From the NCBI RefSeq assembly GCF_004010195.1, contig NC_057749.1, positions 19,921,570 through 19,985,569 on the forward strand: a DNA stretch of 64,000 nucleotides. The letters are read 5' to 3'. Made by a program: the position numbers and the translations under genes. The DNA comes from Chiloscyllium plagiosum. Taxonomy: Eukaryota. The notes under the pieces were generated by a model that saw nothing but the letters and a program-made list of their open reading frames with translations, ran no database searches and had not been told where the DNA came from. Below are positions 36,751 to 49,552 of the stretch, piece after piece (the first letter of the stretch is position 1; every line of letters begins with the position of its first letter).

Positions 36751-39700
36751 TTATGAAGGCATATGCCTTCATCGGACAGGGCGTTGCATATAAGAGCTGG
36801 AAGGTCACATTAAAATTTTAAAGACTTTAGGTTGGCTGCATTTAGAATATTGTGTACAGTTCTGGTTGCCACATTACCAAAAGGATGTGGATGCTGAGAA
36901 GGTTTACAAGGATGTTGCTAGTTTGGAGAGGTTGAGTAGGTTAGGGTTGTTTTCCTTAATAAAAAGGAGATTGGGGGGCGTGGGAGACTTGATTTGAGGT
37001 CTGTAGAATCGTGAAGGGTATAGAGGGTGGATAGAGAAGCTTTTTCCCAGGTTGAGGGATTCGATAAAGAGGTCATGCATCAAAGTGAGAGGAGAAAAGT
37101 TCAAGGGGGATACATGTGGCAAGTACTTCACACAGGGTGGTAGGTGTTTGGAGCACATTGCCAGTAGAGATAGTAGAAGCAGGCACAGTAGATTCACTTT
37201 ACTGTGGATAGTTGCAGGAGTATGTGGCAAGCAGAGGGATACAGATCCTCAGGAATTTGGCGATAGGTTGAGACAGTGGATTTGGATTGTCACTGGTTTG
37301 AAGGGCCTGTTCCTGGGCTGTAAATTTCCTTTGATCTTTGTACTTGAAGCTGGCCAGAGTTGATTTTTAAAAGGGAAACATAGCAAAAGAAACCATTAGG
37401 AAGTAATGGCATGAGTTTTGTGAATTACCCAGCAGAAGTTCATTTCTAGGAAGAACAAACCTACAAAGTAGAGGATGAGGCAACAGCTGAAGAAGTTAAG
37501 GACAGCATTAAAGCAAAGAGCATGGTGAGGATTGGGAAGTCTCTTAAAAACCAGCAGAGCATATCTTTAAAAGCAATAAGTAAGGATCGCTAGCTAATAT
37601 AAAGACTGTAAAAGTGACGTAAGAGTGGACATTGACCAGCAGTTCATTGAGGTTGGTAAAGTAGTAATGGGAAGCAAATAAAAGAACTGAATAGATACTG
37701 TATCGGTGGTCTTGTGGAATGCACTGCACCAGTAGCGTACCAGAACTTCCTGAGAGTCAGGAGACAAAAGTGTAGTGGTCATCACCTGAAGGTGCTGGGG
37801 AAGCTGAAATGTTAGGGGTAAATTGTCAGACTGGATGGACTAAACCCCACAGTTCTGAGGAAGTGGTGAGGAGACTTGTAGAGGCATTGGTGATCTTTCA
37901 GTGTCGGAGGACTGACAATAACTAATGTAACGCTGTTTTGAGAGAGACAGAAGATGAGAAATTAATAAGTCAGTTAACCTGAACAGTGGAGGTCAGACTT
38001 TGAGTCCATTATGAAGGATAAGCTAGCAGACCACTTGGATGTGCATGGTAAAATAGGGCTGAATCAGCACAATTTTGTCAAGGGGCGGTCATGCTTTACA
38101 AATCTGTAGAGGTTTTTTGATCTAACAAGCAAATTAGAGAAAGTCATTGTAGTCTGGGCTTTCAAAAGGGTTTTGACAAGGTGCTGCAGGAGGCTGAGAA
38201 AGATGAGCCCATCGTATTAGGAGCAAAGTATGACATCGATAGAGGATTGGCTGGCTGAAGGCAGACTAGGGGCAAAGGGGACTTTTTTCAGGTGGGCAGC
38301 TGGTAACTAGTAGAGTGTGCAGGGGTCAGTGTGGTGATGACAGCTACTTGTAATATGTGCTAACTTTCTGGACAAAAGAACAGAAGGCATTAAGTTTACA
38401 GATCTCCAGTGGAGAGACAGGTAGTGTTAAGGTAGGGAGGCTGCAGAAAGACTTACGGAGAAAGTGAGGTAATGCGTTTAAGAGGTGTAACTGCAGTAGC
38501 TACCACCGTACCTGCAGGGTTATAGTCCAGCCCCTACTGCGGAAATGAGACCGTGGAGAGGAGCAAACACATTCGTTTCATTGGAAAATATACCTTCCTG
38601 GCAGCCTCCTGGTCCCTGGTTCGAAGGTTCCCTTTAACGAGTTCGGCCTGCAGTAAACCACAGGTAACTGAACCCACAAAGGGATTTTTTCATGAATACA
38701 AGGGTCACCCTGTATTTCCAAAATGGGTAAAGGCTTCAGATGTCTGAAGTGCAGAGACATGGGAGTCCTGTTTCAGAATTTTCAAAGGTTCATAGAGCAT
38801 AGAACATTAGTGTAGTACAGACCTTTTTGGCCCTCTTGTGCTGAACTGTGAAACCAAAAGCCCATCTAAACTATGCTATTCTGTTATCCATATGATTATC
38901 CAATAACCATTTAAATGCACTTACTATTGGCAAGTCCACTGTTCCAGGCAGGGCATGCCATGCTCTTAACTGCTGAGTAAAGAACCTATCTCTGACATCT
39001 ATAATCTATTACGAGGTTCAATTGGTAGTAGATGGCAACTGCAATGCCAGTATTTTTGAGTGGGCTAGAATAAGAGTAGGCATGTACTGCTGAGGCTGTA
39101 TAAAGCTCTGGGCAGACCGTATTTGAAATGTTGAGCAGTTTTGGGCCCCATATTAAATGTGCTGGCTTTGGAGGGGGTCCAGAGGAGACTTTCAAGAATG
39201 ATGTGGACTTAATTTAGGATATCTTGTTGGCATATTCGATCAAGTACAGAGTCCTGAACCAACAAAAGCCCTTCACAGGGTCTGTGTGCTGTGGACTCCT
39301 CACTCAAACTTGAAGTTTAGGGTGAGGGGGATCTGATTAAAATCTACAGAATAGAGATCTGGATAGGGTGGACCTGGACTAATTTCCACCAACGTGAGAC
39401 TAGGATCTGAGGGCATAGCCTCTGAAGGGTTAACCCTTAAATTGTTGTGGAATTTCTTCAGGGTGGTAAATTTGTGGAATAATAGCTGCAGAAGGTTGGA
39501 GGCCAGATCACTGTGTATTAAAGACCGGTAGGTTAGAATGGGGTTGAGAAACCTCAGCCATGCTCCAATAGCAGCGTAGACTCAATGGGCCGAATAGCCG
39601 ATTCTGATCATTCAGGTTTTGATCTTCTGGGTGAGATATTATAGTGGGATTTTAAAGGATTTGGGATATTGGACAGGGTGTGAGAACAAGATGAGCAGAT

Positions 39701-39937
39701 GGCTGTTGTACTGACAGGAGATGGCCTACTGCTTTCTGTTAACTAGCCATAAGTGGTTTTCTCAGGTGGGTAAGATCAGGAATCAGCGTGATGACTACAG
39801 TTTCCAACTTGTGTAAATCCTTTTAAATGAAATTGAAGTTATACTACTAAAACTGGAGTAGGAAAGTTGAAGATGGTGTCTATGAAGATGGTTTAGAAGT
39901 GGGCAAAAATAGGCAAATGGAGTATAATGTGGGGAAA

Positions 39938-40232
39938 TTAGATTTAGATTACTTGGTGTAGGAACAGGCCCTTCGGCCCAACAAGTCCACACCAACCCTC
40001 AGGCCAACCCACCCAGACCAATTCCCCTACATTCACCCAACACTACATGCAATTTAGCATGGCCAATTCACCTAACCTGCCCATTTTTGGCCTGTGGGAG
40101 GAAACCGGAGCACCTGGTGGAAACCCACACAGACACTGGGAGAATGTGCAAACTCCACACACAGTTGCCTGAGGCAGGAATTGAACCTGGGTCTCTGGCA
40201 CTGAGGCAGCAGTGCTAACCACTGTGCTGCTC
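39938..40232 (-). mobile_element. HE1/V-SINE-like element
   Basis: Full-length reverse-complement match to 51012-51308. Confidence 0.88.
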
Positions 40233-40704
40233 ATATTTTGACAGGAAGAATAAAAGCCTATCTAAATGGTGAGATTACAGAACTCTGGAATTCGGAGGGA
40301 TCTGGGTATCCCTATGCACAGAATTTAAGAATACACGAGAGAAACTCACCAAGGATCCTTGCACAGCATCTTCCAAAATGACAATTGCTTCCTTTTATCT
40401 AGAAGGGCAAGGACTGTAAATAGGAGGTCTAGAGACTGTTGGCTCCCCTCCGTCACTTGCTATCCTGACTTGGAAAACTAGTACCACTCCTTCAGAATCA
40501 TTGTATCAAAATACTGGAATTTCTAATCAAATGGTATTGTGTATCTATATCAGGAGGCTATTATACACATTGGAAGGAAAAAGATTGTGAAAGGAGAGTG
40601 TTCAGCAGAAGTTTAAAAGAGATCCTCGAAGTAATATCTGGATTACTATGCTGTGAGCTAGTGTGTACCCTAGAACTCTGGGAAGTGATTGAGGTAGGTT
40701 TCAT

Positions 40705-42340
40705 TGATAGTCACAGGTGAGATGCTGGAAGACTGGAGGTTGGCTAACGTGGTGCCACCTTTAAGAAAGGTGGTAAGGACAAGCCAGGGGAGTATAGACC
40801 AGTGAGTCTGATGTCAGTGGTGGGCAAGTTGTTGGAGGGAATCCTGAGGGACAGGATGTACCTGTAATTGGAAAATCAAGGACTGATTTAGAGATAATTA
40901 AATGGCTTTGTGTGGGATATCATTTCTCTCAAACTTGAGGGTTTTTTGAAGTAACAGGATTGGTGAGGGTAGAGCAGTGTACATGATCTATATTGACTTA
41001 GTCCTAGATATACAGCATGGAAACAGACTCTTCAGTCCAACCTGTCCATGCTGACCAGATATCCCAACCCAATCTAGTCCCACATTCCAGCACCTGGCCC
41101 ATATCTCTCCAAACCCTTCATATTCATATACCCATCCAAATGCCTCTTAAATGTTGCAATTGTACCAGCCTCCACCACTTCCTCTGGCAGCTCATTCCAT
41201 ACCCGTACCACCCTCTGAAAAAGTTGCCCATGGGAAACTGGTTAGCAAGATTAGATCTCAATGGAATACAGAGAACTAGCCATTTGGATGCAGAACTGGC
41301 TCAAAGGGAGAAGACAGGGTGGTGGTTAAGGGTTGTTTTTCAGACTGGAGGCCTGTGACCAGTGGAGTCTCACAAGGATTGGTGCTAGGTCCACTACTGT
41401 TCATCATTTACGTAAATGATTTGAACGTGAGCATAAGAGGTAGTTAGTAAGGTTGCAGATGACATCAAAATTGGAGGTGCAGTGGACAGCAAAGGTTACC
41501 TCATTACAATGGGATGTTGATCAGATGGGCCTATGGGCCGAAAAGTGGCAGATGGAGTTTAATTTGATAAATGTGAGGTGTTGTGTTTTGGGAAAGCAAA
41601 TCCTAGCAGGACTTATATACTTAATAGTAAGTTCCTAGGGAGTGTTGCTGAACAAAGACCTTGGAGTGCAGGTTCATAGCTCCTTGAAAGTGGAGTCGCA
41701 GGTAGATAGGATAGTGAAGGTGTTTGGTACGCTTTCCTTTATTGGTCAGAGTATTGAGTACAGGAGTTGGGAGGTCATATTGCGGCTGTACAGGACATTG
41801 GTAAGGCCACTTGGAATGTTGCGTGCAATTTTGGTGGTCTTCCTATCAGAAAGATGTTGTGAAACTTGAAAGGGTTCAGAAAAGATATTTGCAAGGATGT
41901 TGCCAGGGTTGGAGGATTTGAGCTATAGGGAGAGGCTGAACAGGCCAGGGTATTTACCTTGGAGTGTTGGAGACTGAGGTGTGACCTTTTTATAATGGCC
42001 TAAAATCGTGAGGGGCATGGATAGTCTAAATACCCAAGGTCTTTTTCCCTGGGTTGGGGGAGTCCAGAAAGAGAGGGCATAGGTTTAGGGTGAGCGGGAA
42101 AAGATGAGACCTCAGTGGCAACTTTTTGATGCAGAGGGTGGTGTGTATGGAATGAATTGCCGGAGGATGTGGTGGAGGCTGGTAAATTGCAACATTTAAG
42201 AGGCACTTGGATGGGTACATGAATAGGAAGGGTTTGGAGGGATATGGGCCGTGTGCTGGTAGGTGGGACTAGATTGGGTTGGGTTACCTGACTAGGTTGG
42301 ACCAAAGGGTCTGTTTCAGTGTTGTCTGTCTCTGTCTCTA
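40705..42340 (+). mobile_element. Relatively young CR1 LINE (RT to 3' tail) with an inverted CR1 tail nested at ~41005-41230
   Basis: Same subfamily as 24120-25262 (LGVQVHSSLKVESQVDRIVK); 3' tail ends in tctgtctctgtctcta. Confidence 0.9.
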
Positions 42341-42624
42341 ACTGGATTGCGGTAGTTCAAGGGAGCTCACCACCTTCAAGGGCAACTAGGGATGAGCAGC
42401 AAATGCTGGCCGAACAAGCAATATCTGCATGTAGATCTTTATACTCAACACTACCCCAAAAGGCTGAGATTGGTGGGTTAGGGGCAGAATTAAACCGTTA
42501 GGAATTACCTAGAACAGATGTTTGGGAAATTGGGGACCTAATCTAACAGGATACTGAAGTGTTTTGGGGCTGTGAAAATAAAAGGGTTCTGTGGCTTAAA
42601 ATACTTGATGGATTAAGATGAGTC

Positions 42625-43925
42625 ATATCCATAGATGTACAGAATGGAAGCAGATGCTTCAGTCCAACTTGTTCATGCTGACCCAGATATCCTAAATTAA
42701 TTAATCTAGTCCTATTTGCCAGCTCTTGGTACATAGCCCTATGAACCCTTCCTATTTGTATACCTATCCAGATGCCTTTTTTAGATGCTGTCTTTTGCAT
42801 GAAAAAGTTGCCCCTTAGGTTCCTTAACTTTCTCTTTCTTCCCCCCCCCCCCCCACTCCATCCCTTCTCCTAAATCCTTAGTATAAAGGAAGTAGGAGTA
42901 TACTTAAGAGGGAAATCAGGAAGGCAAAATGGGACATAGCTTTGGCAGATAAAATTAAGGAGATTCCAAAGGGTTTTTACAAATGTATTAAGGACAAAAG
43001 GGTAACTAGGGAGGGAATAGTGCCCCTCAAAGATCAGCAAGGCGGAGCTACAGAAAGTGGGAGAGATACCAAAATGAATATTTCTGAAGGGTGACCTTCG
43101 AGAGGCTTACAAAACTGAGGGGCATGGCTAGGGTAAATAGGCCAAGTCTTTCCTGGGGTCAGGGAGTCCAGAACGAGAGGGCATAGGTTTAGGGTGAGGG
43201 GGGAAAGATATAAAAGAGACCTAAGGGGCAACTTTTTCACGCAGAGGGTAATGTGTATATGGAATGAGCTGCCAGAGGATATGGTGGAGGCTGGTACAAT
43301 TGCAACATTGAAAAAGCATTTGGATGGGTATATGAATAGGAAGGGTTTGGAGGGATATGGGCTGGGTGCTGGCAGGTGGGACTAGATTGGGTTTGGATAT
43401 CTGGTTGGCATGGACTGGTTGGACCGAAGGGCCTGTTTCCATGCTGTACATCTCTAACTCTATAACCTATGCCCTGTAGTTCTGGGCACCTCCAATCCAA
43501 GGAAAATACCTTGTCTATTTATCCAAGCATTCCCTTCATGATTTTATAAACCTCTAAGGTCACACCTCCGCCTCTAGTGTTCCAGGGAAAACAGCCCCAG
43601 CCTATTCAACCCCTCAGTAGTTCAAATCCTCCAACCCTGGCAACATCCTCAAATCTTTTCTGAACCTTTCCAAGTTTCACAGCATCCTTGCGGTAGGAAG
43701 GTGACCAGAATTGCATGCAATTTTCCAAAAGTGCCCTAACCAATGTCCCAGCCCCTTACTCTATGTACTTTCCAATAAAGGAAAACATATAATGCATTCT
43801 TCACCATCCTACCACCCTGCAACTCCACCTTCAAAGAGCTAGAACTCCAAGGTCTCCTTGTTCAGCAACACTCCCCAGGACCTTACCATTGTGTATAAGC
43901 CCTGACCGGATTTGCCTTTCCAAAA
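42625..43925. mobile_element. CR1 3' fragments in both orientations (minus ~42630-42830, plus ~42870-43455, minus ~43465-43925)
   Basis: Repeated tail motifs ggaagggtttggagggatatggg and their reverse complements. Confidence 0.8.
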
Positions 43926-44326
43926 CTCATTTAAGCTTTTGGTGTTCTTGTAAATACTTTGTCATTTCTAAGTGGCAGTTTGAATTAGATTAGTGGTGTT
44001 ATCTCTTCTGTGAATATTCAAGACTGCAAAAGTCTTAATTATTTTACTATTTCTCAGCCTATACCCTCTGCTGTTGCACTTTTCTAATTGATGATGATGA
44101 TCTGGTATTGTTTTGTAACAACCAAGAATTTGACTCCAACCTTTTTCTGCTTTGATAGGATATTGTGACTTTTTATTTTAAAACTGTTTTTTATTTTAAG
44201 GTAGTAAACTAAGAATTTCATTAGCTGCAACAATATAGTATTTGACTTAAAGTGAAGCCTTCAGTAACTATTGAATTTTTTTAGACTCTTGAATTTTTGG
44301 CAGTTATATTTCTGTAATTTTTTTAG

Positions 44327-44573
44327 TCAAGTCTTCGCATTTCTCCTCCAATTTCCTTCTTGCCCATGGGTGGAGTGGGCAGGGATCCGCTAAAACGTAT
44401 TGGTATGAGCCCTCGACTGGATCAAGACCAGGCTTCTGTGACCAATCCTGTGAGCCCTAACCCTTTCAAAAGATGGTCAGCAAATTCTGGATGGGCAAAT
44501 TGGGATCTTTTAGAGGGTCCAGAAGATCCTTTTTCCATTGAAAAGGAGGCCAGACTACATAGACAAGCTGCAG
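44327..44573 (+). CDS. CPEB1: CPEB1 coding exon
   Basis: Acceptor tttttttag|, donor |gtaaaa; 247 nt. Encodes [23 protein letters not shown]...[24 protein letters not shown]. Confidence 0.95.
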
Positions 44574-45560
44574 GTAAAATTGTATATTCCAAGTTTGTCT
44601 AGATATTACTACCTAAGATTAGGTAGTCATTTTGTTTACTGCCTTAACAGTATGTGTAAATTGACACTGGGGTGCCATTTCCTAGTTGTATTTCCCTCCC
44701 TTTTTCCATTTGCAAAGTAAATAAAGATTGAATTTGGATTTATTTCAGCTGCAAGCCAAAATGGGAGCTTTCAGGAATCACCGAGCCTTGTGCTTGAGCT
44801 ATTTTCTCATCCATTTATGCTGACTTCCTCAAATTTCAAACAGAATGGGGAAAATGCTTCATTTTCTGATGCACTGGGATACCCCTTTTTAGGACAGTCC
44901 ATAAAGATAAGCATTTGTAAATGGAACTTTTTCATGAAGTTCTATCCTGGATTATGCAATTGATCCACAGCATGCCAAGCACCTCTTTAATAAACATGAA
45001 AATATTTTGCACAGCAATTTTGATTTGAACATTTTTGACCTACGAAGATTTTTGCCAGAGTGCAAATTGTGCTTCAAGGTCCTGTTTAAAATTCTATGTA
45101 GTGACTTATTTAAAAGTTGCTTTTAAAAATGAGTACAATAGACAGATTAATTTTAGATTTAGGTTATTCACCAGGTTTGGTGTGTTGTTAATTGAAGCAT
45201 TATCCAATTTCCTTTATGAATAGGATACCTCCCACTAAGTGTTTTGCTTATTTCCTGATGGCTTGTTGCTAGCTGCCTCTATTGTTCACCAGTGATATTT
45301 AACTACAAATTTCTGCACCAGAATAGTGTTTTGCTACCAGATAATTGGACTTGACATCTCTTAAGAGCAAGAGAAATGAAAGTTTGACCCTTGCATTAAT
45401 TTATTTTTACAGTTGGAAGAAGGACAAATGCCATATTTATACATGGGTTCAGACCTTTAATCAGTTTGACTACAAATACCAATTGGTAAAGTCTTGTCTT
45501 TCAAGCATAGCTACGAAGCTTAATGTTGGTAAATATTCACTTTTCTTTCTTTTTTTAAAG

Positions 45561-45674
45561 CAATGAGTGAAGCCACATTTACATGGAGGGGCCAGCTACC
45601 ACCCCGGAATTACAAGAACCCGATATATTCCTGCAAAGTGTTCCTGGGTGGTGTGCCCTGGGATATTACTGAAG
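45561..45674 (+). CDS. CPEB1: CPEB1 coding exon, start of RRM1
   Basis: Long polypyrimidine tract then aaag|, donor |gtaaat; 114 nt. Encodes (A)[37 protein letters not shown]. Confidence 0.97.
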
Positions 45675-45854
45675 GTAAATGTCACCTGGCCAAGAATGCT
45701 GAATTGGGAGGAAGAACTGGTGATATTGTAGCTGATCACTCTTGCATTACAGTATTGGGATTGCTATAAAATTAGAACCTTGGATCTGCAAACATGTTGG
45801 CTCAGTAATATATTAAATATGCCAACAGCTAGGATTAATTTGTTTTTTTTTGTA

Positions 45855-46680
45855 GTCATACAGCATGGAAACAGACCATTTTTTTTTTTTTGGGGACCAA
45901 CTTGTCCATGATGATCAGGTTTCCTTAAGTGAACTAGTCTAATTTTACCTGAGTTTAGCCCATATCCCTTTAAACCTTACCATGTACTCCTCCAGATGTC
46001 TTTTACATGTAGTAATTGTACTAGCCTCTAACACCTTTCTCTGTAGGCCAGCTGGAAGGACGCAGCCAGCCAGCATCAGGAGGTGAAGTCAATGTTTCCT
46101 TCTTCAGGACCAAAGAAGGGTCACCCCCAAAACAACATTTTCTCCACGACTTGATGCTGCCTGGCTTGCTGTGTTCTTCCAGGTTCCTGCTTGCCAACCT
46201 TGGATTCTAGCATCTGCAGCTTGTTTCCTACCACTGCTTCTGGTAGCTCATTCCATATACACATGACCCTCTATGAAAAAGTTGCTCCTTGGGTCCTTTT
46301 TAAATTTTTCCCATCTCTTTAACTCCTGCCTTCTGGAGTTCCCAACTGTGGGGGGAAAAGATCTTGGCTATTCACCTTTTATCTGTGCCCCTTGTAATCT
46401 TACAACCTGTATAACGTCACCCTGCCACCTTCCCCACTCCAAGGTGGGGGTAGAAGTCCCAGCCTATTCAATCTCTTTTAAGACTAGAAGGTTTGAGAAA
46501 ATGACCTTAAATAACGGTGACCAGAATTGTACGCAGTACTCCAAAGTGGCCTCTACCTAGAGGTGAAACCTATATCTGCTAGGGAACCCAGTTTCTTCCG
46601 TAGCTTCCCTCACATCCTGGGCTACACTTGATAAAGTACTAGAGATTTAGACACTTTTAAGACTCCTAGCTTCACCCCTT
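45855..46680 (-). mobile_element. CR1 3' fragment containing a nested Penelope-like inverted terminal pair (~46045-46228)
   Basis: CR1 tail catacagcatggaaacagacc...; the insert contains gcagccagccagcatc and gatgctgcctggcttgctg...agcatctgcag. Confidence 0.65.
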
Positions 46681-47944
46681 CTGTAATGCAGTGGGGAGAG
46701 TACTTCAAGGAGATCATTTTAAGTTATCCAAATTGAAGGTCTTTTTTAAAATCAACCTGCTGTGGTGTAAATGGTTTCCTCTGAAATATCAGGGTATAGC
46801 TATTTAGCAGCACCTGGCTATGTAACAATGTTCAGTTGATTTGACAGTTTTTAACCTTTTAACCCATTAAAACCAGCAAACATGAATCAGTAAAATGTTG
46901 CTTTTGTCTCCGCTATGTGTTTGGAATTTTCCCATTTTTGTGTGGGCCAATTTGTTTTTAGTCACTAGCTAATGCCACATTTTCCTTAACTTTGTTCAAG
47001 GATTTTAAAATTTCTTAAGTCTGTTTTGAAGCAATTTTATATTGGATTAAGGCCACATGCTTTAATCTGAGGTGGCATTGAAAGTACATTGAGGTTCATT
47101 TTCTAATCTGATTTTCTACTGTTGTTGGCATAATTCAGTAGCACTGCATTTTGAAATTAATGGTTTTTGTTTTCTTAAGTTGTGTACCCAATTTTATTTC
47201 CTGCAAAAGCTTCTAGTAGTTTCCTTGCTCTAAAATTTCAATCTTGATCTTAGCTATTGAAGATCAAATGACATAAGACCCAACCCACCTGGGTAGATTT
47301 CCCTCTGTTCGTCTTTTGAAATCAACTTTCGAACATTTATTCTCTTACTGGTTCAGTCCAGGACCTAGAGCCGTACAGGTGCTTGGATAGAGATTTTGTA
47401 ATATTTCTAAAGACTCTTTTACATTGTAACTGTTAGTGCAATGGTCTCTAATGAACGTTTTGAACTCCATAAGTACTGCTTAAAATATTTTGGGCAATGG
47501 TATACATTAGACTGAGGTTTAATGAATCTTTGTTTCCCTTGCAAAGATCTCAACTATATTCCAGTCACTGATTCTGAAATGGTAGAAGGGTAATTTTATT
47601 CTGCACTTTCACTGTCCTAGGCAGTTAGCTGCACAGACTTCACTAATTGTCTGCAAAATTTGGCCAGTGACACATCTTGCACATACTGTAAATGAAAATA
47701 CCCACTTTTTCTGTGTAGCTGCTTTGGGCTAAATCCAAGTTTTCATTCTTAATTTAAAGCTGAGGATATTATTTTCCGGCTGGAAGTTGGTATTGGTATT
47801 TGGACAGACTTGTATTCTGATATTTTTTGCTTTGGGTACCTGAAGAGTTGCTTTGCTTTATGGCTCAAGTTCAAAATGGGTTCCTTGGGGCATTTTGGCA
47901 GATCAAGTTACCTTGTGATTTGATATTATTTCTTTCCTCCCTAG

Positions 47945-48049
47945 TTGGACTGATAAATACTTTCAGGGTATTTGGCTCACTGAGTGTGGAATGGCCGGGT
48001 AAGGATGGCAAGCACCCTCGATGCCCACCCAAAGGTAATATGCCGAAAG
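47945..48049 (+). CDS. CPEB1: CPEB1 coding exon, RRM1 (alternative donor after 48034)
   Basis: Acceptor tctttcctccctag|. Encodes (V)[34 protein letters not shown]. Two in-phase donors: aaag|gtaata (48035) and aaag|gtaatg (48050). Confidence 0.95.
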
Positions 48050-48695
48050 GTAATGAGAGCTGAGACATGGTAGGACATTTTACCTGTTCTGACTGTCACA
48101 TTCACCCAAGGTTGAGGGTCAGAGCACTGGTATGCATGCAGCTACAGCTGATAACCAAGTCACTTTGGATAGCTGGTAAGGGTGTGTACACTACACTGAT
48201 TTTAATGACCAAGTTATCTTTACGGTAAAGGCTGGTGTTTTTCATTTTTAATGTACACTCCATTTAAGCAAGAGATGCTGTCAGTGAGATTAACCTAATC
48301 TGGTTTGACCATGTCAACCAATTGATATTTAATGTGTAATTTCTAGCACTCTTCAGTTTGGCTCCCTACTAGTTGAAATAACAATGGAGTTTTCAAAACA
48401 TCGGTTTAGCTTGCATGAAAATATTTGAGCATTACTTTAAAGCTTCAATCTACCTTAGATTGTATTTGGCTGTAACTATTTCAGAACTCTTGTATATTCG
48501 TGGAATAGGATTGCTTCATACAAGTGCAATCTGTTTATGTCACAACCTGATTTTGATAGCAAGCCAAACTTTTGTGGCCATTTTATCCATCTGCCATTTT
48601 ATTGAAGGTGATATGGAAATGTGCACTCTTGCCTTCAGTTTTACCACGAAGATGCAAAAATTACTGACTTTTATACAATTGTTGCTTTTTGTTAG

Positions 48696-48832
48696 GTTAT
48701 GTCTACTTGGTTTTTGAATCTGAGAAGTCTGTGCATGCGTTACTACAGTCCTGCACACACGATCTTATGAGCACTGACGGTGCAAGTGAATATTATTTCA
48801 AGATGTCAAGTCGCAGGATGCGTTGCAAAGAG
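48696..48832 (+). CDS. CPEB1: CPEB1 coding exon, RRM1
   Basis: Acceptor ctttttgttag|, donor |gtatta; 137 nt. Encodes (G)[45 protein letters not shown]; this frame is not in the ORF track and was read manually. Confidence 0.96.
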
Positions 48833-49353
48833 GTATTACTCCTTTGAGAGATTTGTTCTATTTTGAGAAGCTTTGTTCAAAAATTTAACTAACTTTCCCT
48901 CCAATCCCATGAATGACTCTTGCTTTTAGTATGAAACCAGTTTAATATCAAACTTGTGAAATTGGGTTTGACCCAAATCGTAAAGTGGATTTTGAATTTG
49001 CAGGTATATACTAAGTAAATAGCTTAATTTTGGGTTAATTGTAAATTCTAGTGCTATGTTTTTGCTGTTCAGGTAACACCTGATTTTGAGAGAAGTGTTC
49101 TGATACTAAGTTGTAATAGTCTTCCTCACTTCTCTTCAAGCTAATAACACTCGTGCCTTCTACCTACACTGTTGCTAGTTAGCAACTCTCAGATGGTACA
49201 ATATTCAGATGGAGTCCTTCTAGTACTACCTTTTTTAATACTTTTGAATAGTTAAGGATGACTTTTGGCAGTAATGCCTCATTCTAGTAATAAGGAGATT
49301 GCAGTTGAGGAACACCTTTTTAACCCATGCATAAATAATTTGTTTGTTTTTAG

Positions 49354-49552
49354 GTACAGGTTATACCTTGGGTGCTTTCAGATAGCAACTTTGTCCGTAG
49401 CCCATCCCAGCGACTGGACCCAAGTAAAACTGTGTTTGTTGGAGCACTACATGGGATGTTGAATGCAGAAGCTTTGGCAGCAATCATGAATGACTTATTT
49501 GGTGGAGTAGTGTATGCTGGTATTGATACTGACAAGCACAAGTATCCAATTG
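49354..49552 (+). CDS. CPEB1: CPEB1 coding exon, RRM1-RRM2 linker and RRM2
   Basis: Acceptor tttgtttttag|, donor |gtatgc; 199 nt. Encodes [66 protein letters not shown]. Confidence 0.97.

Larger units (their letters stand above)
33720..39620 (+). mobile_element. Cluster of nested and decayed CR1 LINE pieces
   Basis: ORF1-like remnants near 33.7-34.1 kb, a 3' tail at ~34420-34870, RT at 35970-37340 (WQMEFNPGKCEVMQF) and an older copy at 37350-39620. Confidence 0.75.

Noticed and set aside
4534..44326. HDV-like CPEB3 ribozyme in a large intron
   Set aside because: The gene is CPEB1 by sequence, and I found no nested double-pseudoknot motif by eye. An Infernal search would be needed to exclude it fully.
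49354..49359. Alternative acceptor CAG 6 nt into the exon (similar at 51684-51686)
   Set aside because: Using it would delete the conserved VQ residues; it is simply the Gln codon and has no other support.
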